From: Verrucomicrobiota bacterium
GTDB taxonomy: Bacteria; Verrucomicrobiota; Verrucomicrobiia; Limisphaerales; UBA1096
NCBI GenBank assembly: GCA_030749225.1
Contig: JASMKO010000028.1
Span: forward strand, 11,090-75,089
DNA: 64,000 nucleotides
Direction: 5' to 3'
Positions within the stretch are counted from its first letter, which is position 1; each line of letters starts with the position of its first letter. A model generated the notes under the pieces. That model was not told where the DNA came from, ran no database searches, and was given only the letters and a program-made list of their open reading frames with translations. Shown here piece after piece: positions 28,619-37,051 of this stretch. The position numbers and the translations under genes are program-made.

Positions 28619-30156
28619 TGGGCGCCGGCCTCCCAACTGAAGCCGAGCTGCTCGAACCGCTGACGCGATGCGGCCGACGTGAGTCGCGCCATAAGCCGCT
28701 CGGCCAAGCGCGGATACGGCGTGGTCTTGCGTACTGCAACATTCTGCAGGGCCAAGGCGCGCGCTGGCTGCAAAGGCACGGCACCGAAACGGTCCTTCAG
28801 GTGCTGGATGTTTGCCTCGTACACCAGCACCACGTCGAGCTTGCCTCCGGCCTCCATGGTCTGGATGAGCGTATGCGCGGTGTCCGCCATCATCACGATG
28901 TTCGGCTCGATAGCGTCAAACCGCCCGGTCTCCCGGCACAGCTCGTGACTGAGAGCGCCCAGCGCACTCGCCCTCGGGTCGGTGGTGCCAACCCGCAGGC
29001 CGCGCTTGGCCAAGCCGGCAAGCGAGCGGATGCCGTGCGGGTTGCCCTTGGCCACGAGCATCACGATGCGCGTGCTCGACACCTTGAGGTCGGGGCCGAA
29101 CGGGTGGTTCATCTTCGCCTGCGCCATGTCGAGGTACGTCGCATCGCATGTCATAAAAATGTCCGGCACACCCTGCTGACTGGCCTGCATCTTGCCAACC
29201 AGCGTGCCGCAGCCGGCGTAGACGACGTCGATCTCCACCCCCTCACGCTGCTGAAACTCGTGGAAGGTCTGCTCCACCGCCTCGCGGTTCACTCCCCCAC
29301 AGTCGATACGCAGTCGAGGCGTGTCTGCCCACGTGTCACCGGGAATCGGCACGTAGTGGTGCCGGGCAAACACCGCCCCACCCCGGGTCGGCGCGGCAAG
29401 ATAGCGGGCAAACTTCAGCGCCAACGCCGGCCGCGCAGTTGTCGCCGTGACCGCCACGGAAATGTCCGCCTGGCTCGCCGCCAGCTCCGGCAGTTCGACC
29501 ACCTGCAGCCCGAACTGCCGCGCGACCGAGTCCCACACGAATGCCGCCTGCGTGCCAACGTTTTCCTTCACCGCCAGCGCGGCCTCAGTCACGGTCGGAA
29601 ACGAGGCCGCCTTGGCCTCGTCCACCGCCGCCCAGTGGCCGGAGCGCTCCAGCATTTTCTTTGTCTTCTTGCCGACACCAGCCAACGGATCGCAGATCAC
29701 CAATGAAAGTTTTTGCGCCAGCACCTCGTCGCAGTTGGCCGGAGTCAGGCCGCTGCCCGGCTTAACGCCGAGCACCACCTTCCACTTGGCCACGCGCAAC
29801 GACTCGGCGGTGAGTCCGTCGGCGCGCGCACGCTCGGCGTAGACATAGTCCGCCGGAACGTAGACATCCGCCCGTGGCACTCCGCCCTCCTTGTCAATCT
29901 TGAGCTTGTTCGCCAACACACCGCTGCTGGCGTACTCGAGCGACACCGTGACGCCGGTTTCCTTCTCAAACTTCCCGGCTGCCTCCTCGACCGCCTTCTT
30001 GACGCCGGTCGCGCAGTAGACAACCAGCGCCTGCCCGCCGCCGCCGGGATCGCGGTTAAGGAAAAACACCAACCCAACCACGACACCCAGGGTCAGCACC
30101 AGCAACCCTGCGCCGGCCCGGCCGCCCCGGCCATATTGATACTCCGAATTGCCCAT
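28615..30156 (-). CDS. modA: Tandem two-domain ModA-like substrate-binding protein with N-terminal membrane anchor
   Basis: Two ModA-like N-termini ('LVVYCATG...FEKETGV...YASSG.L' and 'LRIDCGG...F...EGV...YAGCG.L'); ATGA overlap with modB. Confidence 0.75.
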   Translation of the reverse strand: MGNSEYQYGRGGRAGAGLLVLTLGVVVGLVFFLNRDPGGGGQALVVYCATGVKKAVEEAAGKFEKETGVTVSLEYASSGVLANKLKIDKEGGVPRADVYVPADYVYAERARADGLTAESLRVAKWKVVLGVKPGSGLTPANCDEVLAQKLSLVICDPLAGVGKKTKKMLERSGHWAAVDEAKAASFPTVTEAALAVKENVGTQAAFVWDSVARQFGLQVVELPELAASQADISVAVTATTARPALALKFARYLAAPTRGGAVFARHHYVPIPGDTWADTPRLRIDCGGVNREAVEQTFHEFQQREGVEIDVVYAGCGTLVGKMQASQQGVPDIFMTCDATYLDMAQAKMNHPFGPDLKVSSTRIVMLVAKGNPHGIRSLAGLAKRGLRVGTTDPRASALGALSHELCRETGRFDAIEPNIVMMADTAHTLIQTMEAGGKLDVVLVYEANIQHLKDRFGAVPLQPARALALQNVAVRKTTPYPRLAERLMARLTSAASRQRFEQLGFSWEAGAQ

Positions 30157-30257
30157 CGTTTCGTGTTCGCGGCGGCAGACCATGCCGACAGCCGCAGCTT
30201 GAAACAAGTTTGCATAAAGACTTGCTCGCCACCGACACCTGACGATCATTCGCCCCC

Positions 30258-31073
30258 ATGCCAAGCCGGGCAGACATTTCCATCCTTCAGATCGACGCTT
30301 TTGCCGCCGAGCCATTCACCGGCAACCCAGCCGCCGTCTGTCTGCCCGCCACCGAGCCGCCGACCGGATGGATGCAGCAGGTCGCCTCCGAGATGAACCT
30401 GTCCGAGACGGCGTTCGCCTGGCCCAGCGGCGACGGGCACAGGCTGCGTTGGTTTACGCCGGTCGCCGAGGTCGACCTGTGCGGCCACGCCACCCTCGCC
30501 ACCGCCCACGCTCTCTGGGAAAGCGGCCGCTTGGCCAAGGGCGAACAGGCGGTGTTCGAAACCCAAAGTGGCAAACTCACTGCCAGCCAAGCGGGCGACG
30601 CCATCCAGCTGGATTTCCCGGCCGAACCGGCCGAGGCCTGCGTTGACGATGTCTTGGAGCAGGCGATCGGCACCGAAGTCATATGGTGCGGTAAAAACCG
30701 GATGGACTTCATGGTGCAACTCCCAAGCGCTAATGCAGTGCGCCGTTGCAGACCGGATCTTCCGCGCTTGGCCAAGCTGGAGACGCGCGGGATTATCATC
30801 ACGGCCGAGGCCGATGACGACCGGACCGATTTCATCTCGCGCTTCTTCTGCCCCACGCTGGGCATCAACGAGGATCCGGTGACCGGCTCGGCGCACTGCT
30901 GCCTCACGCCATTCTGGGCGGAACGGCTTGGTCGTAACACGCTTGTCGGCTTTCAGGCCTCCAAGCGCGGCGGCTTCGTGCGGTGCACGCTGACCGGGGA
31001 TCGCGTTCTGCTCGGTGGCCAGGCTGTGACCATTTTCTCCGGCACGATGAACACGCCACCACCGGGAGCTTGA
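30258..31073 (+). CDS. PhzF-family isomerase
   Basis: 'DAF...PF.GNPAAV', 'EMNLSETAF', 'LRWFTP..EV.LCGHATLA', 'EDPVTGSAH'. Confidence 0.93.
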   Translation: MPSRADISILQIDAFAAEPFTGNPAAVCLPATEPPTGWMQQVASEMNLSETAFAWPSGDGHRLRWFTPVAEVDLCGHATLATAHALWESGRLAKGEQAVFETQSGKLTASQAGDAIQLDFPAEPAEACVDDVLEQAIGTEVIWCGKNRMDFMVQLPSANAVRRCRPDLPRLAKLETRGIIITAEADDDRTDFISRFFCPTLGINEDPVTGSAHCCLTPFWAERLGRNTLVGFQASKRGGFVRCTLTGDRVLLGGQAVTIFSGTMNTPPPGA

Positions 31074-31110
31074 CCCGCCACCGGCCAAGGCTTCACGTTG
31101 GCCGCCGCTG

Positions 31111-32451
31111 ATGGGAATCGACACCCAGCTTTCCCCCGAGCAAACCGCGCAGCACGTCCGGCAAAGCCTGCCCGACGGCGGGCTCTTCGCTGGGCACCAG
31201 TGGCGCATCGCCACCCGGCCATTCCCGCTCGACAAAAAAACCGTTCGCCAACTCGAGCAACTGGGCCGCCTGCTGCTCAAGTTTTACCAAGCCGCCAACA
31301 CGATTTACCACTGGAGCGCCGAGGGGCGGCTCCCCACTTGGCCAAGCGCCTGGCTTGATCGCGGCAAGCCCCAGTCGATCATCGACCTCCAGCGCAGCAA
31401 AGCGTTTCGTGCCGAGCTTCCGCGTGTCATCCGGCCCGACATTTTGCTGACCGAAGACGGCCTCCAAATCACCGAGTTGGACAGCGTCCCCGGCGGCATT
31501 GGCCTCACCGCCTGGCTCAACCGCACCTACGCCGGTGCCTGTGCCGAAGTGGTCGGCGGCGCGACCGGCATGCTTGAAGGTTTCACCGGCATCTTCGGCG
31601 ATGCGGCTAACGTGCGCCTCATCGTCTCCGACGAGTCGACCACGTATCGGCCGGAAATGGAGTGGCTCGTGGCGCAGCTCGGCCACGGCTTCAGCGTCCA
31701 CGGGCAGAATGAGGCCAGCTTCGCCGACGGCGACGCGGTGTACCGATTTTTTGAACTGTTCGACCTGCTGAACATTCCCGCCGCCAAGCCGCTGTTCGAC
31801 GCAGCTGCCACCAAGCGCATCCGCGTGACGCCCCCACCCAAGGCGTTCCTCGAGGAGAAAATGCTTTTCGCGCTGTTCCACAATCGCAACCTCGCCGACG
31901 CATGGCGGCAACTGCTCGGCGAACGATTCCAGCGCACGCTCAAGGCACTCCTTCCGCAAACGTGGGTGATCGATCCCGCGCCGCTACCGCCGCACGCCGC
32001 CCTGCCCGGCCTGGATCTCACCGACTGGAAACAACTCAAGGAACTCTCGCAAAAAGAACGCAGCTTAATCCTGAAAATCTCCGGCTTCTCCGAACAAGCC
32101 TGGGGGGCGCGGGGTGTCTGGCTCGGCAGCGACCTGCGAAGCGACGAATGGGCGGCAGCGGTCGACCAGGCCATTACCAGCTTTGAAAAGTCACCACGAA
32201 TACTCCAGCGGTACCACCACCCTGCCCGCGTCGAGGCCGAATGGTTCGACTTCGAACTTGGTCAAGCGAAGCCGATGCAGGGCCGCGTTCGCCTCTGCCC
32301 CTACTACTTCGTCCACGGTGAATTTGACACCGCCAAGGCGACTCTCGGCGGTGTGCTAGCCACAATCTGTCCCGCCGACAAAAAAATCATCCACGGCATG
32401 AGCGATGCCATCCTCTCCCCATGCGCGCTTGACCAAACGCATTCTCAATGA
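31111..32451 (+). CDS. Conserved hypothetical protein, probable ATP-grasp (glutathionylspermidine-synthase-like) ligase
   Basis: 'IRPDILLT..G..ITELDSVPGG.G', 'YRFFELFD', 'LKISGF', 'RVRLCPYY'. Confidence 0.55.
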   Translation: MGIDTQLSPEQTAQHVRQSLPDGGLFAGHQWRIATRPFPLDKKTVRQLEQLGRLLLKFYQAANTIYHWSAEGRLPTWPSAWLDRGKPQSIIDLQRSKAFRAELPRVIRPDILLTEDGLQITELDSVPGGIGLTAWLNRTYAGACAEVVGGATGMLEGFTGIFGDAANVRLIVSDESTTYRPEMEWLVAQLGHGFSVHGQNEASFADGDAVYRFFELFDLLNIPAAKPLFDAAATKRIRVTPPPKAFLEEKMLFALFHNRNLADAWRQLLGERFQRTLKALLPQTWVIDPAPLPPHAALPGLDLTDWKQLKELSQKERSLILKISGFSEQAWGARGVWLGSDLRSDEWAAAVDQAITSFEKSPRILQRYHHPARVEAEWFDFELGQAKPMQGRVRLCPYYFVHGEFDTAKATLGGVLATICPADKKIIHGMSDAILSPCALDQTHSQ

Positions 32452-32520
32452 AGCTTAAAAAGATTGATTCCGAGTTGGCCGCTTGACAAGCGGCACGACC
32501 AAGCGAACCTTTTGCACGTA

Positions 32521-32817
32521 ATGAAATCGGTTTTCAACTTTGTCGTTTTGCTATTCACCTGCCTGCTCATCGCCGGGTGCGCCACCTCTGACCGTCAACT
32601 GCGCAAGCTCGAGTCCGCCTACCAGGCGCACCTTGGAGAATATGCCGCCGAACTCAAGAGCGGCGAGATCACCAAAGCCGAACACGACAAAAAAGTCACT
32701 CAGCTCAATGCCCGCTACGGCCGTCGGCGTGCCATGATGGAGCGGGACATTTACGGCAGCGGCATCAAGTCACCGAGTCGCCGCTCCACAATCGGCCGGG
32801 GCGGCCGCCGCTACTGA
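32521..32817 (+). CDS. Small putative lipoprotein
   Basis: Signal peptide ending in lipobox 'LIAGC'; basic helical mature part. Confidence 0.6.
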   Translation: MKSVFNFVVLLFTCLLIAGCATSDRQLRKLESAYQAHLGEYAAELKSGEITKAEHDKKVTQLNARYGRRRAMMERDIYGSGIKSPSRRSTIGRGGRRY

Positions 32818-32853
32818 GTTGCTTCCGCGCTTTACCGATCTATGCTGCTGGGT

Positions 32854-34266
32854 ATGAATCGCTTTCGGCATCTCCTTGCTTCCCTGGCGCTTGGCTTGAT
32901 TTCCAGCACAACCCAAGCGGCAGACAAACCCAACATCATCCTCATCATGTGCGATGATCTCGGATGGGGGGATGTTGCCTTCAATGGCAACAAGATCATC
33001 CGAACGCCGCACCTGGATGCGATGGCCAAGGCAGGGATGAAGTTCAACCGGTTTTATGCGGCAGCACCGGTTTGCAGCCCCACACGCGGCAGCTGCATCA
33101 CCGGCCGGCACCCGTACCGCTACGGCATTCCGTTCGCGAATAGCGGCCACATGAAACCGGAGGAGTTGGCGCTGGCCGAGCTGCTGAAAAAACAGGGCTA
33201 CACCACCGGCCACTTCGGCAAGTGGCATCTTGGCACACTGACGAAAACGGTAAAGGACGCCAACCGGGGCGGCCCACGCGGCGCGAAGCACTTTTCGCCA
33301 CCGCAGATGAATGGATTCGACGTCTGCTTTTCGACCGAGTCTAAGGTGCCTACGTGGGATCCGCTGTTCAGGCCAAAGGGTAACAACTCCCGCAAGTGGT
33401 GGGACGCCGTCTCCGACGCCGGCGAAGCCAAGCCGTACGGCACAGCCTACTGGAACGAGCGCGGCGAGAGTGTCACCGAGAACACCCGCGGCGATAATTC
33501 GCGTGTCATCATGGACCGCGCGATTCCGTTCATCCGCGGCGCGGCCAGGCGTGAGCAGCCGTTCTTCGGCGTCGTATGGTTTCACACGCCGCACCTGCCG
33601 GTAGTCGCCGGGCCAAGGCACGCGACGATGTACGCCGCACACCCGAAATACGCGCAGCATTACTACGGCTGCATCACCGCGATGGACGAGCAGGTGGGGC
33701 GGTTGCGGGCGGAGCTGCGAGTGCTTGGGGTTGCTGATGACACGCTGTTGTTTTTCTGCAGTGACAACGGCCCAGAGGGCCAAGCCGGCAAAGCTCCTGG
33801 GAGCGCCGGGCACCTCAGCGGTCGCAAGCGATCTCTGCTCGAGGGTGGCATCCGTGTGCCAGGCATCGTCGAGTGGCCGGGGCGCGTGCAGGCCGGGCGC
33901 TCGACAGACATCCCGTGCGTCACCAGCGACTATCTGCCAACCGTCCTCGACCTTGTCGGTGCCAAGCCGGTCAGCGACCGGCCAATCGACGGCATCAGCC
34001 TCGTACCGCTGCTTGACGGCAACTTGGCCAAGCGGGGCCAAGCGATCGGCTTCGAGTCGAAGGGACAACTCGCCTGGATGGAGGACCGTTATAAACTTTA
34101 CCGCAAAGACAACGCGACTGAATTCAAGCTGTTCGATCTCGTTGCTGATCCATCCGAGAAAACCGACTTGGCCAAACGCAAGCCCGACTTGGCCAAACGC
34201 TTGGCCACGGAACTGGCCACTTGGCGCGCCTCCTGCCGGGCCAGCGCCACCGGGGAGGATTATTGA
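32854..34266 (+). CDS. Formylglycine-dependent sulfatase
   Basis: 'KPNIILIM.DDLG', CSPTR motif, 'GKWHLG', 'SDNG', 'EGGIRVP'. Confidence 0.95.
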   Translation: MNRFRHLLASLALGLISSTTQAADKPNIILIMCDDLGWGDVAFNGNKIIRTPHLDAMAKAGMKFNRFYAAAPVCSPTRGSCITGRHPYRYGIPFANSGHMKPEELALAELLKKQGYTTGHFGKWHLGTLTKTVKDANRGGPRGAKHFSPPQMNGFDVCFSTESKVPTWDPLFRPKGNNSRKWWDAVSDAGEAKPYGTAYWNERGESVTENTRGDNSRVIMDRAIPFIRGAARREQPFFGVVWFHTPHLPVVAGPRHATMYAAHPKYAQHYYGCITAMDEQVGRLRAELRVLGVADDTLLFFCSDNGPEGQAGKAPGSAGHLSGRKRSLLEGGIRVPGIVEWPGRVQAGRSTDIPCVTSDYLPTVLDLVGAKPVSDRPIDGISLVPLLDGNLAKRGQAIGFESKGQLAWMEDRYKLYRKDNATEFKLFDLVADPSEKTDLAKRKPDLAKRLATELATWRASCRASATGEDY

Positions 34267-34268
34267 CA

Positions 34269-34823
34269 GTGCGCCGGCGACGCCCCAAACGCTGCTGGCT
34301 GCGCTGGCTGCTGCTGTTGGCGGTGCTCGATGCCGTGGCGTTTTATTGGTGGTGGAGCAACCAGGCGGAACGGCGCTACAACGGCATCATTCGCGACGCG
34401 GCGACGGCGTTCGGTGTGGAGTACGCACTGATCAAGGCCGTCATCTGGCAGGAAAGCCGTTTCGATGAAAAGGCAGTTGGCAAGGCCGGCGAGATTGGGC
34501 TGATGCAGTTGATGGAACTGGCGGCGTTCGAATGGGCCGACGACCACGGCGTGCGCGGCTTCGAACACATCCACGTTTACGACCCACGCACAAACATCCT
34601 CGCCGGCACCTACTATCTCAAGACGCGGCTCTCCCGTTACCGGCGCACCGACGATCCCCTCCCGTACGTGCTGGCCGACTACAATGCCGGCCGCGCCCGG
34701 GTGGTCCGCTGGTCGAGCGAGGCCGCGCAAACCAACAGCACGGCCTTCCTTCAAAACATCGACTTCCCCTTGACCCGCCGTTACATCGACCAAGTGACCC
34801 AACGCCGCAATCACTACCGATGA
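34269..34823 (+). CDS. Lytic transglycosylase (SLT domain) with N-terminal TM segment
   Basis: 'AVIWQESRF', 'GLMQL', 'N..AG..YL', 'A.YNAG'. Confidence 0.9.
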   Translation: MRRRRPKRCWLRWLLLLAVLDAVAFYWWWSNQAERRYNGIIRDAATAFGVEYALIKAVIWQESRFDEKAVGKAGEIGLMQLMELAAFEWADDHGVRGFEHIHVYDPRTNILAGTYYLKTRLSRYRRTDDPLPYVLADYNAGRARVVRWSSEAAQTNSTAFLQNIDFPLTRRYIDQVTQRRNHYR

Positions 34824-34834
34824 ACCCGGTCAGC

Positions 34835-34863
34835 TTGCCGGCTTAACCAAACTTGGGTAAGCT
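34835..34863 (+). promoter_or_regulatory. Putative sigma-70 promoter of dapF (-35 TTGCCG, 17 bp, -10 TAAGCT)
   Basis: Spacing and -10 match; in-frame GTG 6 nt downstream suggests a leaderless mRNA. Confidence 0.55.
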
Positions 34864-35673
34864 GTGCGCGTGCTGGTTGACTTCACCAAGATGAATGGGG
34901 CCGGAAACGATTTCGTGTTGATAGATAACCGCGAGATTGGCCTCCAGTTGACGACGGAGCAGATTCAAAAAATCTGCCACCGCCAGCGCGGCGTCGGGGC
35001 TGACGGCATCCTGCTCCTGCGCTTGGCCAAGGGCAACGCCGATTTCGGCTGGGACTTTTTCAACCAGGACGGCAGCGAGGGGGAGATGTGTGGCAACGGC
35101 GCACGCTGTTTCGCCCGGTTTGCCCAGCGCCACCTCGACGAGCGAAAGGCGCTTTCGTTCGAGACTCTTGCCGGCGTGATCGAGGCGAGGCTAGACAGCG
35201 AGAGCGTCACGGTAGGCCTTACGCCGCCGCAAAATTTTCGCATCGGCGACCGCATAGGCACCTCATCCGGGGAGCTTGAAATCCACTCGGTGAATACCGG
35301 CGTGCCGCACGCAGTACTATTCGTCGACGACGCTGACACGGCGATGGTCTCCGAACTGGGCCGTGAGATCCGGCATCATGACCATTACGCGCCATCTGGC
35401 ACGAACGTGAACTTTGTGCAGCGCAACGGCGACGGCTCGATCCGTGTACGCACCTACGAGCGTGGTGTCGGCGAGACGCTCGCGTGCGGCACCGCAGCCG
35501 CAGCGGCGGCGCTCATCACGGCCAAGCTGGACGAGTGCGGCTCTCCGTTGAGCGTGCGCGTGCTCGGCGGTGACGACCTAGCCGTGGCATTCGAGCGGGA
35601 CGGCGACGCATTCGCCAATGTGCAGCTCACCGGCCCGGCGGAGTTCGTTTATAGCGGCCAGATCGAGATCTGA
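34864..35673 (+). CDS. dapF: Diaminopimelate epimerase
   Basis: 'FTKMNGAGNDF', 'GVGADG', 'EMCGNGARC', 'GVPH', 'RTYERGV.ETLACGT'; true start may be the GTG at 34870. Confidence 0.96.
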   Translation: MRVLVDFTKMNGAGNDFVLIDNREIGLQLTTEQIQKICHRQRGVGADGILLLRLAKGNADFGWDFFNQDGSEGEMCGNGARCFARFAQRHLDERKALSFETLAGVIEARLDSESVTVGLTPPQNFRIGDRIGTSSGELEIHSVNTGVPHAVLFVDDADTAMVSELGREIRHHDHYAPSGTNVNFVQRNGDGSIRVRTYERGVGETLACGTAAAAAALITAKLDECGSPLSVRVLGGDDLAVAFERDGDAFANVQLTGPAEFVYSGQIEI

Positions 35674-35768
35674 ACGGCCAACTAGCCGCCAAGCATGGAC
35701 ACGCCTCGACTGATCTGCATGGTGCGGGACGCACGAGGGATTCGTCCGCTCATGCAGGATGAGCGCGA

Positions 35769-35996
35769 ATGCGTCACCGGATTTTCCTGTTCGGCGAAGG
35801 CTTTGGCGACATGATCTGCCTATTGCCAACCGTGCGGAAAACGGCCGAGCAAATGAACAAGCGGCTTGATGCCTGGACACGCCGGCCGGAAGTGTTTGGG
35901 AATCATCCAATGCTCAATCCCGAGCGCATATGCTGCCTGCCGACGGTCGACCAAGTGCTGGAGGCAGCCACGAGCTTTCTTCGCGACAGACCGTAG
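35769..35996 (+). pseudogene. Probable internally deleted glycosyltransferase family 9-like remnant
   Basis: 75-aa ORF joins a GT9-like N-terminus ('G.GD.IC..P.VRK...PEVF.N.P') to a GT9-like C-terminal helix ('C.PTVDQV.EA'). Confidence 0.4.
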
Positions 35997-36075
35997 AAGT
36001 GGCTTCGCTTGGCCACAAAAAACAGGCCTCCACAAGAGGGAGCCTGTCATGCCGCAAAAGGTTTTAGTGCGTTGT

Positions 36076-36594
36076 TTACTTCTTCGCTTGCTTGCGCTTG
36101 AACTCGAGGCTCAAATCGGAGAAGTCGCCCACGTTGCCAGAGGCGTCGACCTGAAAGATTTGTGCCTCGATATTGTTCTGGTCGATCTTGCGGAATGCCA
36201 CGGCGTAGCCGCGGATCTCGCCAGAGTCGGACTTGCTCTCCAGTTTCACCATCGGCATCTCGTCTTTCGGCCCCCAAGTTCCCTTGCTTTTCCTACCCCG
36301 GGAATCGTAGCCAACCTGCTCGATCTCATCCGTGTCCGGGTTCACGGCGATCAGGCTGTACGACTCATTGTCACTGGACTTAAATCGGGCAGCCACTACG
36401 CGATCCTTGATCACCCAACTGTAGGCGAGAGTGAGCGCGGTGCCATCGTCCGTTTCTGCCTGCCAACTGCCGATCAACCAATCGGTGCCGGCCTCGGCGA
36501 TTCTGTCCGCAAGCGACACCTGTGCCTGGGCGCTGAATATCATTCCAACTATGGCGAATAGGATCAGTAACTTTTTCATGATAATCTGGTTCAT
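36076..36594 (-). CDS. Secreted hypothetical protein, possibly beta-barrel/lipocalin-like
   Basis: Signal peptide 'MKKLLILFAIVGMIFSAQA', 'WLIGSW' motif. Confidence 0.7.
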   Translation of the reverse strand: MNQIIMKKLLILFAIVGMIFSAQAQVSLADRIAEAGTDWLIGSWQAETDDGTALTLAYSWVIKDRVVAARFKSSDNESYSLIAVNPDTDEIEQVGYDSRGRKSKGTWGPKDEMPMVKLESKSDSGEIRGYAVAFRKIDQNNIEAQIFQVDASGNVGDFSDLSLEFKRKQAKK

Positions 36595-36799
36595 TTAATG
36601 CGTTTAACCGACGGAAGTTCTTTGGCACTTCGGTCGAGCCGTCCAGATTGAACGCTTGGCCAAGCCAGCGCAAGCCAAAACAACAAGACCCGACTCCGCT
36701 CGACGGCACCAGGCGACCTTGACTTTTGCGGAGCGAGCGCGAAGGTTCAGCCCCGGCGTGAGAGCCTTATTCAGGATTTTCAAACGACCCGGCGAGCGG

Positions 36800-37051
36800 A
36801 TGCACGAGATGCACGAATTTGCCCCGACCGACGATGTCGTCGAAAAGATCGCAAGGCTGGCGTCGGAAACCACCGGCCAGCCGGCCGATGCCGCGTCCAT
36901 CACGCGAGCCCAGGATCGTCGCACCCGCAACCGAACCGGCGTATTCGATGCCGTGGCGTATCAGCGTGCCAAGGCGGCCAAGCACTTGGCCAAGCGGCCG
37001 CTACCCGACGACAGCCCGGCGTGGTTCGATCCCCAACTCCCCGTGAGTTGA
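36800..37051 (+). CDS. Small hypothetical protein
   Basis: ORF fills the gap between two genes and its stop abuts the sulfatase stop; no recognised family. Confidence 0.4.
   Translation: MHEMHEFAPTDDVVEKIARLASETTGQPADAASITRAQDRRTRNRTGVFDAVAYQRAKAAKHLAKRPLPDDSPAWFDPQLPVS

Noticed and set aside
30258-31073. PhzF as evidence of phenazine biosynthesis
   Set aside because: No phzA/B/D/E/G genes are present; stand-alone PhzF-like genes are widespread.
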